The notes beneath the pieces were generated by a model. The model did not search any database. It was not told the origin of the DNA and worked only from the letters and a program-made list of their open reading frames with translations. From the NCBI GenBank assembly GCA_002633005.1, contig NMRA01000008.1, positions 336,045-377,451 on the forward strand: a stretch of DNA of 41,407 bases. Reading direction: 5' to 3'. This DNA is from Phoronis australis. Taxonomy: Eukaryota > Animalia > Phoronida. Of the stretch, positions 1 to 10,400 are shown in pieces. A program made the translations under genes and the position numbers. How positions within the stretch are numbered: position 1 is the stretch's first letter; the number at the start of each line of letters is the position of its first letter.

Positions 1-207
1 CCCAAATTAGCGTTTCTAAAATTTTCCTTGTCCGAAAGTCGCGGGGCAAAAATCCGACGTTTATGACATTGTCCGAAGTTCGAAGATCATTAAAAAACAG
101 TTTTTGGACCTTGTACGAATTTCGTGGACTATGAAAAACTAATTTCGGAAATATTTATTCTTGGTCGAAAATGGCGGGCCGTCCGAAAATCACGCGACTT
201 TACCGTA
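1..207. mobile_element. Right-hand end of a MITE-like non-autonomous DNA transposon, truncated by the window edge
   Basis: Repeated subterminal motif (T/C)GTCCGAA at ~29, ~70 and ~180, with variants TGTACGAA ~112 and GGTCGAAA ~163. Ends ...ACTTTACCG-TA (201-207), resembling the TA-flanked (C/T)ACNGTA termini of pogo/Tc1-type MITEs. The other terminus is not visible. Confidence 0.4.
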
Positions 208-221
208 GTAAGATGACTTTA

Positions 222-386
222 GTTAGTGATGCTAGTTATTTGGCAGCGAATGCTAGTGAGGATACTTAGTAATGCTAGTTTCTTACCACTGAGATTATTT
301 AGTAGAGTTAGTCATTTGCCAGCGAAAGCTTATGAAATTACTTAGTAACGCTAGTTAATCCCCAATGAAAGCTAGTGATACTACTA
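222..386. repeat. Degenerate minisatellite, about 4 units of 33-46 bp
   Basis: Units begin at ~222, 265, 298 and 341 with (C/T/G)TTAGT(A/G)A(T/C)GCTAGTT or a close variant. Units 1 and 3 share ATTTG(G/C)CAGCGAA(T/A)GCT. Confidence 0.6.
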
Positions 387-463
387 TATTAAGCTTGCCA
401 ATATCTCTTGGAGGCCTGCGGGATCTTGACAAACTCACGAGATACCAGCGGTACAAACCTTAC

Positions 464-611
464 CCACCCCTTCAAACAACGCAGTCTTGGGGAAATTTCT
501 ATCAAGTCTACAAAAAGGAGACAGTCCCTGCATGCAGTTATTGAGACTTTCAACTGTAGAAGACAGGAACCTCAACAGGAACTGAGGCAAACTGCCAGGC
601 TTGCTAACTGA
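464..611 (-). CDS. Candidate internal coding exon (phase 0 to phase 1) of an unidentified minus-strand gene: SVSKPGSLPQFLLRFLSSTVESLNNCMQGLSPFCRLDRNFPKTALFEGV
   Basis: Acceptor ctgatttcttag| before 611 and donor TGG|gtaagg after 464. The 148 nt are open in the frame required by the upstream exon ending at 4210 (phase 0). Two further good acceptors lie inside it (ttctacag| at 553, tttttgtag| at 507), so the 5' boundary is uncertain. Confidence 0.5.
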
Positions 612-2298
612 CTAAGAAATCAGTAGTTCAATGAAACATGCATGCTATCCATTGTTAAGTATGAGCAATATCAAACTGTGCGGTATAGTGGACTCAATAC
701 TCAGATTCTGTGGCTAACAGAACATGTCTAGCGTGTAAAACACGTCTTGTCTGTTAATGGTAGGGGATACGCTTTTTAACTGGTTTGCACCAACCTCTTT
801 GTCAGGGCAGCGTTCCGTAAACACAAGACATTAATCAGCTTATATTTACAGCGAAAATCTTTGTTTACGGAACAGGAACACTGAATTCTACACGATATTT
901 ATGAATTCAATCCCACAATTCAACACTCCAACCTCGCCGACCAATCACTTCGGTGGCTGCCACTTTGTTAGGATAGGCTAGTACTGAAGCTCCCCAGCAA
1001 TCGCGAAACACTCGCTTGTACCTTGTGTGATTTTACGAGGTATTGCGAGACCTTGCATCTCTTAGAACTTGGTCTATGGAATGTGACATAGATGACCATG
1101 GTGTCAAAAACACATTAACTAACCCTCTGGGCATATCCGGAATGAATAAGTGATGTGACATTTATCGAACCAAAAGCAATTGGTCAAAACAAATATAGGT
1201 AGTGCCACACGACAAACACTTTGATTATGCCTAGAATTTCCTAGTATGTACCGTATTCCATTATAAATTACTTGTGAACCAGTATACGGTAGTCCAGTCT
1301 ATAAACACCAGAGCAAAGTCCATAACAAAACCAGGCGAGTGTTCCATGGGGGCGAGAATCTTGCGAAAATGCATGATTTCACACGATATCACCATGTATT
1401 GCACGTGAAGCACAAAATCAATCACACTTGCTTCCTTAGAGAGATTCTTGCTTCAACGAAACTCTACCCAAATTTCAACATCTGTTTAAAGTCAGTGAGT
1501 CCGCGTAAATGTCGTTTTAACACACTAAGTATTCCTGAACAATGAGACATCATCGGGCCCCTACCCACCATCAAAGATGCTTCGGTGTTTAGGGACCACT
1601 GGTCAGTGAAAATGTATCAATTTGTACTACAGGTTATGGGGAAGCTGAAGTTAACCTCACATTATTGCAGATTTAGCAGAGGATTAAGTCAATGCAAAAC
1701 ATAATCTAGTGGGTGTCCAGAGCGTCCAATTGGAACCTCCCCCCCCCCCGACTCAACTTTGGACACCCTTTATGGGACACCCTACACCCTGTGCAACAAC
1801 TGGACAGAAATTGGGAAACCCCTTTTGAACACCCAATTCTTGAAAACCTCAATGAACCTCTGGTGGTAAAAAATCTTGAAATTATTTCTAGATAAAATAT
1901 CACCGGTGGCTGCAAATGGGCATTTTGACCTGCACATGTCAAGGCAAGACTATCATTTCAAGAATATTTGGTGTTAACTCATCTGGTATGAGCCGGTAAT
2001 GAGGGCAACAGTGGGTTAGATGTACTGCACACTGGTTTAATAGGTCACCAGAATGACTAAGCAGTAGAAAACCAAAACCCAAATGTGCAAATCACCTTGT
2101 AGCAAAATGCCACTAGCAAGTGACGAAAGTAAGAAAATGTCAAAACTTTAGACAGACAGAGAACAGATATGGTGACTTAGTTATACACCCTAATGGACGG
2201 AACAATTCCAGGAAATGCGAAACCGAAAAATTTCCTGCCGTCAGCTGTGTTACTAAATATAGCAGGAAAGAGGATGCCATAAGCCATCTGACATGTAA

Positions 2299-2690
2299 CA
2301 TGTGACTTAGTATTGTGGTCTAAGTGACATTACAAACAGTTGCACACATGGTTAAGTAGTCCGGTTCTTCGCAACGGGAAGCTTGAAACAGTGCCAACGT
2401 GAGCTACCAGCACAAAGCAACAATACAATACATATTAGGTTAAATTACAGTACTAATTATCAATATGCTTCCGTGCAAAGTCATTCAATATCACGTGCAT
2501 GTGACAGGGCAGCGTGCAAAGCCGGGACAACGTCACGGAGAGACCGTGCACCGCGCATGAATACAAACCCGAGAACGGCCCAGTGTGGACGTCGGCGAGG
2601 ACACTGGACTCAGGCTGTCAACAAACTGCAACACAACGTCACATGCTAGTCACATGATCTGGTGGCAAACACGGTCACATGACTTCATGA
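2299..2690. promoter_or_regulatory. Homotypic cluster of MiT/TFE/USF-type E-boxes (CLEAR/M-box like); candidate intronic enhancer or internal promoter
   Basis: CATGTGAC 2299-2306, TCACGTG 2491-2497, CATGTGAC 2498-2505, GTCACATG 2638-2645, GTCACATGA 2649-2657 and GGTCACATGAC 2673-2683. The 2470-2600 interval is visibly CpG-richer than its flanks. Function is inferred. Confidence 0.45.
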
Positions 2691-3075
2691 CAGGGAGAGA
2701 GAGACATTTGATATGTAACCACATACTGTGGAGTTCAGCCAGAAGGCAGGCCTTTCATTCAGAAGTCGCAGTATTTAATAAAAATCTTCAAGAGTGCCAA
2801 ACACAAATCCTAAACCATGTCTTATGCTACAGGCAATTTTCCAGTTGAGTCGCTTGGTTGAAAGGTAAAACAAGAAAGAATTTAACAAGTTTCAATGTCA
2901 AAACTGTTCCCACTTAACCTTATTCACATCTGAGCTCCAAAACCAAATGCAATTCACTCATGGGATCCCACACCAATTACACACAAACATTATCCATGTG
3001 TGCACAAGTGAAAACCATATTAGCTGACAATTGTACAGCTCAGTGCAAGGGTTTCTCATCCAAGTGTGCGCACTA

Positions 3076-3964
3076 CAGGGTATCCCAAAACTAACAGCAC
3101 TGTAGTTTGAATGCCCATACATTGCATATAGGCACATGGATATACCTGAAAATAACTGAAAACAATTACTTAAAAAATTATCTTAAAAAACATAATTTTT
3201 GTGATGAATGTAAGGAGATGGTGGTTTTATCGATTTCTCCTCGGTGAAAATGTGCAAGGAATGTACCTGAATTTATTAATGGGAAGACGTCATCAACATT
3301 GAGAGTGGAAACAAATATCGCTTTGATCAGGATTGCTTTAAAACTGGTTAAAAATATTTGTGTTATCTAATTTAACTGGAAATGTTCACCAATCCTCACA
3401 AACAACATATTCCATTGTTGGGGATCGCATTTGAATCATCATAATCCTCTAACGTTGTGCTCAGTTGAAATCTCAGTTAATTCGTCAAGTAAACTCTTCC
3501 CCATCAGGCTAGAGGAGTGCAGTACGCTTCCGCTAGCAGGTAACCCCACAGAAAGAAGTCGACAGACGACGGGTCTGGTGATTGAGGATGCCATTCAAGA
3601 TTTTGTCCCAGACTAACCACTCTGTGGTTGAACAGCCATCGGAGTTAGTTTGGCCAGGGAGTGTACAGCATGTTAGTGCATCATTTTGCATCCAACAAAG
3701 ACGTGGGATGACGCCGTTTTGGTGTTGGCCACGCGTGTTCATGATTTCGCCCGTTAACATTTTCTGTAAGAGCTCACTGAGCACGTACTCCAGATCAAAA
3801 TAAGTGGCAAACCCACTTTTGACCTGTAAACCTTAGCGGATATTTGCAAAAACTTTTTAAGAATTAGTGTAGAAGATAATAATCGTTACCAGTTTCATGA
3901 AAATCCGTGACCACTAGGTTGACAAGCAAACATTTAAAGAGGACATTACTTTTGGGACACCCTG
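3076..3964 (-). mobile_element. Internally deleted Tc1/mariner-superfamily DNA transposon (889 bp), probably rosa/VS (DD41D)-like
   Basis: TIRs CAGGGTATCCCAAAACTAA (3076-3094) and the reverse complement of CAGGGTGTCCCAAAAGTAA (ending 3964). TA on both sides (3074-3075, 3965-3966). Contains a transposase remnant. Confidence 0.85.
3513..3760 (-). pseudogene. Frameshifted C-terminal remnant of a Tc1/mariner DDD transposase
   Basis: One minus frame reads LRWLFNHRVVSLGQNLEWHPQSPDPSSVDFFLWGYLLAEAYCTP, matching the family motif WPPRSPDLTPCDFFLWGYLK..VY. An adjacent frame just upstream reads GVIPRLCWMQNDAL, matching W.QDGA. Stops follow. Confidence 0.8.
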
Positions 3965-4130
3965 TAAAACATGCTCTTGCCAGGCTGATGGCTTTTATTA
4001 CGAGAGAAGAGTTCATCCCTTCAATCGCCTTACCTGTCATGACATATTTTAAGCTGCATTTTAGCAGATCAAAACGCAGGGGGGTCTGCATGCTACAACA
4101 TAACACCCTCAATACATCACATAAGAACAA

Positions 4131-4203
4131 AATACATAATAACAATACAATACAATACAATACAATGCAAAGTGATACGATATATGATATAATACAATAA
4201 AAT
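4131..4203. repeat. (ACAAT)n pentanucleotide microsatellite with degenerate flanks, directly downstream of the 4210 splice donor
   Basis: Five perfect ACAAT units at 4142-4166, decaying on both sides. Confidence 0.8.
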
Positions 4204-4209
4204 ACATAC

Positions 4210-4271
4210 CACCTGATCTGTGGGAGAGCCTGGGCTAGCAGGACCATTTTCCACAATTGACGAACCATTGG
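4210..4271 (-). CDS. Internal coding exon (phase 1 to phase 0): (S)NGSSIVENGPASPGSPTDQV
   Basis: Acceptor gtgactttttcag| and donor GTG|gtatgt; 62 nt. Joins in frame to exon 5220-5143 (T+CC = Ser) and continues the same Ser/Asn/Gly/Pro-rich composition. Confidence 0.7.
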
Positions 4272-4817
4272 CTGAAAAAGTCACATATGGTCAATCAATT
4301 ATTTTTAGAAAGAAAATAAAAACCGCAATTTTCCTGTTTTTCACAGTCTCCACATTGTGTTGCTTTGAATTCGCAAACTTTGACAAGGCATTGCTTGATT
4401 CCACCTGTGCAGTGGAACCGATGTTCAGTTTGCTGACGCTTAGTTTTATTGAAAACTTTTGACACGCAAAACTTCCACTTTTCAGCTATAGCATGTACTA
4501 AATTAAAGAGAGCTTATCACATGCTTGTTGGATGAATTGTCTGGGAGTGTAATATGTACTTTAAGCACATAGCCAACAGCATCTCTTCACAGCTCTACTG
4601 TATCGACCCATTAAGGAGCTGGTCAGATTACCGTACCGTGAGGTGTGGGGAGAATTACAGCACAAAGATAGACTGAATACGACAACTGAGAAATGTATCG
4701 ATCAATATAGCTCATTGATTAACGATTTTATTCATCACATTGACCAGAATGTAGAGACAGTCCTCTCCCAAGTTAACATTACCGAGTCTTTCGTAACGAA
4801 ATACCACGCCAACACTG

Positions 4818-4885
4818 TGCACAATGCAAATTATCACATGAAATAAAATGCTAATGCCATGCACAATGCAAATTATCACGTGAAA
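4818..4885. repeat. 26-bp direct duplication with 42-bp period, containing an octamer and an E-box
   Basis: TGCACAATGCAAATTATCACATGAAA (4818-4843) and TGCACAATGCAAATTATCACGTGAAA (4860-4885). Confidence 0.85.
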
Positions 4886-5142
4886 AATTTTTCAGTTCAG
4901 GACGCAACACAGCGGACACAAAGAAATGCGTATTTGACAATCTTTTAACAAAAAAATTTGAGATCAACTGTTAACGTGGTTTGCAAGGTACAGCTGTCGC
5001 CAAACAAAAAAGGTAAATTTTAAGCATTTCAAAAATAGGAAATGTGGAAATTTAAGCAAATATTTTAACCAAAATTGAAGAACTTTTGAAGCAAATGATA
5101 CCTTAAGCTTGGCAAAAATAAATTCGGTGTAAAAATACATAC

Positions 5143-5220
5143 ACGAAGAGTGATTAATAGTGCCATTTTGTCGGATTGGTGTAGAGGTCGTAGCCATTGG
5201 TCCACCGTTCAAACGACGGG
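5143..5220 (-). CDS. Coding exon (phase 1 to phase 1), probably the first common exon: (x)RRLNGGPMATTSTPIRQNGTINHSS
   Basis: Acceptor gatatttttcag| and donor CGT|gtatgt; 78 nt. Only the phase-1 frame is open. Contains an in-frame ATG in the context ccaATGG. Confidence 0.7.
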
Positions 5221-5734
5221 CTGAAAAATATCAAGTACATCATTAAATAATAGCGCAGTCTACCATCCTACAAGGACCACATGAGTGATGCGACCACTAG
5301 CAGCTTTTCACTGGTGGAAAAACCGATGTTTTGGCCTGCTGTCCATGAAGGGGTCATTTTGCCCATCAGTTAGTAAGTTTAAGAACACCTATCATCATCA
5401 AAGCACCAATGTGTGAAAGTCCACAAAAGGCGACATTTGCCTAGACACCACATTTCGCAACACAAGTACATTCTTTGACGTACACGGTCTGGCTATAAAA
5501 GTGCTAGAGAAAATGCCACCCCAGTGGTTTTAGGATATCTCAACGACTGCAAATGCAACTCTTACAACAGCTCACACTACCAGCATTTTGGAAGCACTAG
5601 GGAAAATGGTTTTAACTAGGTTGTGAATGGAATATTACACGCACAATACAATTGCTGGCTCTCTACTAATCAAAACCAATTCCTGATAACATTCTCAAGT
5701 TAGGTCCACACTAGGAATTAACCTAAAACAGCTT

Positions 5735-5815
5735 GCCCAAGAGCAACCAGCCCAAGAGCAACCAGCCCAAGAGCAACCAGCCCAAGAGCAACCTGCCCAA
5801 GAGCCACCTGCCCAA
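5735..5815. repeat. 15-bp tandem repeat (GCCCAAGAGCAACCA), about 5.4 copies
   Basis: Directly visible. It explains the repetitive ORFs PKSNQ.. and SWAGC.. in the ORF track. Confidence 0.95.
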
Positions 5816-6580
5816 CAACACATGCCCCCAGTCAACGGTCCACACAATAGGATCAGACATCGGGAGCTATATAACTGAGCAAGTGCGCAGCTGGTTACTG
5901 CTTCCACCTTGTCAGCAGATTTGCATTTACACTATTACTTGAACTCAGTTGGGCACATAGTTACTCTAGAACAAGTTACCATACCTCGACAAGGCGAGTC
6001 AAGTTGCCCAAGCAAATGGCGTCAATACTACCAATAAATTCAGCAATGACTCGTTTGAGGAGCAACTTGTTCTGCGTTAACTCGTAGTGTGGACGACACT
6101 ATGAGTTAACAGGCAAATACTGCACAGAGTCAAAGATGGCCTGTACACCTAACCAACTGATTCACCAAACTGACAGGGCACTCTTCCCTAGTTTTTATCA
6201 TGTAAAACGCCAGTGGGATTCTTGCTAAGTCAACATGTAACTATTTTTGGACATAACGTCAAAAGACTTTCTTCACATCACTTGAAGTGGAACATAATAG
6301 TAAATCTGATGTGACAGACAACAGTATTTTGCAACACTTCGTCAAAGTCAGGCTCAAAGGCCAACTAAAATGTCAGCTGAGCTGGTATCTCAATAGCTCA
6401 AAAACTGCTGTTGGGGTTTAGCCAGCAAATCAACAGCCCAAGATCACAAGATCCCACACAAGACCAGGAAGCGAACAAGCAGTTGGCTAAGGATATGGAT
6501 TATAACTTGCCTGATCAATAATAGATAAACGGGATACAAATTGGACGGGTAAATATGATCACATAGGCGTAGCTTCTTAC

Positions 6581-6632
6581 TGGTCAAGCCGACGTCCTCC
6601 AATTGAGGGAGGCAGCACAATAATTGTAACAT
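6581..6632 (-). CDS. Candidate alternative first coding exon: MLQLLCCLPQLEDVGLT (phase 1)
   Basis: ATG at 6632; 52 nt = 17 codons + 1; donor CCA|gtaaga. Phase matches the acceptor at 5220. Confidence 0.4.
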
Positions 6633-7099
6633 AACTCATTTATCAGAACTTAGAACAAGATAAAATGTCTGGAAGTAATTAGTGAAAATTACGCAAAACT
6701 TATGCTCGAGGAATTAAAAAACAACGAAACTGCTATCTGTGTGGCTAGTATAAGTATTTGCTTTGATGTACTTGTAATTATTTTGAGAAATAAATTCTTT
6801 AAAAAAATAAGTACCGTAGACGCTTGCTTGCGAATGAGAGCAGAAAATTTGCTCAAATTTTAAGCTCAATAGGGAGGTCTTAATGGCAAATCAAACTATG
6901 TTAAAACAAATAATAGATCGGTACCAGCCATATTGGTGGTAGAGAAGGGAACCTGAAACTAGAAAGAAAGGCGATTGTGTCACATTCAAGGGTCCTGCAT
7001 TTTGAGAACCAGTTTTCTCTACTGAATAACGTGCATCAAACGGTTCTCAAAATCCGAGACCGTGGTAAGTGTAGTGACTTAACACAACTACAACTATGA

Positions 7100-7450
7100 T
7101 AACAGAAAACATTCTAGCATTATGAGAGCACAAAAGCTTCTGTCGTTTAAATCAACTTCAAATTCGGGTGTGTGTGCAAGACGGGTCGAGTTGACGGGCG
7201 TAATTTTTTTCGTTCAGGTACATTTTGAGACGATACGCATTTTTACACGAATCATTTAAATATCCCACCACACAACACAGGCAATTTGACCACATTATGA
7301 ACGCAAAATCCCACAGCAGTAAATCCCCAGACGAGAATACAGAACACCGTCCATCATCAACTCTATCGCTATTCAGCGACAAGACGTATTTCCTGATGCC
7401 GCCACCGGTATATCGGAAAATGTCTATTCTATCTGCTTCATGTCGTAAGC
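7100..7450 (+). repeat. Dispersed repeat family A, copy 1 (unclassified, old)
   Basis: Colinear with the reverse complement of ~26910-27280. For example GAACACCGTCCATCATCAACTCTATCG..GACAAGACGTATTTCCTGATGCCGCCACCGGTATATCGGAAAATGTCTA versus GAACACTGTCCATCATCAACTCCATCG..GACAAGACATATTTCCTCATGCTGCCGCTGGTATATCGGAAAATGTCTA. Boundaries approximate. Confidence 0.85.
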
Positions 7451-10400
7451 CAGAATTCAATGAACGATGCAATACTTCTCACAAAAATATAGGAAATGAT
7501 TAACAAGTCCTACGATGATTCATTGTCAGTTGAGCACATTTGCATAGACATCAAAACATATAATCACAACCTATTAAATGTACAATGAGATTTTCAGCCT
7601 GATCGTCCACGCAATTTTCTACAAAGGAAATGTCTACCATTTCCTTGAGAATATGATCAATAGCTAAAAGACAATGAATCCAGCTCAATCAACACTCAGC
7701 TGTGTTCATTCGACCCTCGACTTCATCAATCAAAAAGGCCTTTTCCAATCTGTAACTGGAGGTGAGTCGACATAACCAGCGATTGGAAATTTAACTTTAT
7801 TTAATTTTATTTTGTGAAATTTCTTAACAAAAATAAACATTAAGAAAAAATTTGACTTCATCATAAGTACTGTTTTGAACAGGTATCATAAAACAGAAAA
7901 TTCATATAATGATGAAAAGTTCCACAAGAATGTAATCAGCTATTGAAAATTGGAAAAACACTACTTTGGCAACTATTTTTGTGAGAAATAGGGGACAGAA
8001 TATTTTATGACTTCGGTCTTTCTATTAATCCGGGCAATCTAATATCGTACTGTATGGAGTTTCCAAGCCTGCAGCCTCTTCACAGTGTTGATTTTTGCCA
8101 GTCACAACACACTTCCAAGTTCAGAAATGTTTCAAGAAAGATAAACACTACATGATTTACAAAAGGTCCTATCAATCACTGTGAAAACTGCATATCACCA
8201 GCACCAGCTAATATTAATTTGCAGTAAAACATTGCAGCAAATATGCTTGTCCAGTACATTGCTGCAAGTAGACAGTTCCCAGACACTTTCACCGAATTAA
8301 GTGCCCTCCTTTTTCATGATTCTCATGCACACCCTGGGCGCTAATTACAGGGAAGACCATAGTGGTATTTCAACAGACACAAGAATGCAGAGTTGTGAAT
8401 CTTCCAGTTATGCGTCTCTGTCTATGATTATGATATTAAGTCAAAACATAGTCTATTAATGAATCGTGAACTGAAGGTCACCAAATGAACCTCACAACTG
8501 ACAGACACTTATCAATCATGGCCATACCCCCATATTTTAGAGTCCAGTCTTGTACAGCAAACTCCAACACTAAAGTAAAAACAAAACAAACGCAGCACGT
8601 ATAGAAGTTCAGCAACTTAGAATCTTCTTTAGAGAATCATTACTTACTTAATTGTTTACTAAAATGCTAATTATAATCCAGGGTATTCACCGACATAGAG
8701 TTTGGATCAAAACCTTTCCCCGCCATCATGGTAGATAATGATATCCATTCCCAATCAAATCATTCAGATTACTGTGAAGTAAAATAGTGTCAAAAGGCCA
8801 CCAGCTCTGCCAGGGTCGCTTTTTAAACCCTCCCCCGACTAGACTGTTTGATATCCATATCAGGTGAGCTCTCAATTTCTGTTGACGGTAACAAGTAACC
8901 ACGACACGGAAAATATTGAGAAAACTTTGTATACTGTAACTTATGGTAATTATTTGCTTATTAAGCGCACAATCTAGCCGACGGGTGAAACTCTGTTTTA
9001 TTTGTTTTATTGAATTTCTTCACAAAATTAAAGATTGAGAAAACTCTTAGTCTATTACAAGCATGGTTTTTACAGAGCGGATGTCACAGAAAAACGTTTA
9101 GCAAGATTTCTATAGTTTGTGACAAAGTAATCTGCCTTACGAAAAATGGAAAAATGACGATTACGACAACTGTTTGTGAAATAGACAGTGAATTATAGTA
9201 ATTTACGCAACACGTCTTATTTAATAAGCTTTACTTACCATTCCTATTTGGAAATAAACTCAAAAAGAAACAAATAAAATGGAGCTGTGTCTCAAAAGTT
9301 CAAAAATTTGCCTTAAAAATAAAAGTTCGCTTTTTGTAATTATCATACGTGAGTGAAACCTCGTGTTTTTGTTTTATTTTCCGACATATTGCTCGTTTCT
9401 TAATTGATAACGTTTTTTTCAGTTATAATCAATGCAATTTGATTTATGCATTGTACTAATTTTGCATGGTCTTGGTGGTCTCTGATTTTAGTAATTTTAC
9501 ACCTTCCAGAGGCAATCATTAGAACCACCGACCCGCACTTGAATAAATGTTTTTCTCTCTCTCATATAGTTAATCACCCAATGCCATCGAATACGACACC
9601 ATTATCGCTTCTTAAAATGACTTTCATGTCACAAATTTGCAAGGGAAGGAAATGCACCTTTAATTGTGGCACAGGAACACAGGCCAGATGGGCTGAAACA
9701 GAAGTCTAGCGCAGCAATTACCAAAATAGTAATTATTAATAGATGAATATGATGAAAGAGAATATGGAAACAATATTTAGACTACACTAGCATCTGTGAA
9801 CGCTTGGGAAGGATATGGTGGAAGCACTGAAATAGTCAGGGTAGTTGAGGGAGTTACACAAGACTAGGCGGAATGCACTTGTAAAAACAAGGGGCTGACT
9901 GGGCATGGCTATTTAGTTTCTGAGGGTGGATACTCCGTGAAGAAACAGCAAGTCTAATTCAGTGCTACCTGAAACACATAAATCAGACACCTATTCACAA
10001 TACATTCTGGGCATGAGCATAATGTAAAGATAGAAAACGAAATATGCCATTCATATCTCCACACAGATACTGCTGCAATACTGATATAAGGTCAAACTAG
10101 ATAAAAAAAAACAACTAAACAAATCTCACTGTGTCCCTTTGAGAAGCGCACAATCCCTATCACCAATTCAAGAGATTTTTAGATTATGAAATTCGCTGAT
10201 GATAAACTGGAGAACAGAGTCACCTGAGCGAGTAACTTAAAGCATACCAGGTACTGGCTTCTGAAAGACCATTCCTACTCCCTCTGGAGGATGATGTGTG
10301 CTTGACAGTGGGCACAACACAGCGATATCATGAGAAGGTGGTACAGATATATTAATTGCAACCAATGATCCGTCAATGAAAGGACGCAGACAGTCTCTCG

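Noticed and set aside
464-5220. Naming the host gene (considered ELAV, MTG/ETO, MITF, PTBP, AMPD)
   Set aside because: The visible peptide is low-complexity and matches no diagnostic motif of these families. A BLASTP of the joined exons plus downstream exons is needed.
5695-5942. Repetitive ORFs PKSNQ and SWAGC as repeat proteins
   Set aside because: By-products of a 15-bp tandem repeat that is open in several frames, with no convincing splice sites.
8961-9615. TTAA-bounded segment as a Kolobok-like element, including the ATG|gtaagt donor near 9238
   Set aside because: The ends match only loosely (AAGCGCACAAT versus AAGCGATAAT) and no second copy was found in the window. Probably repeat-derived but unsupported.
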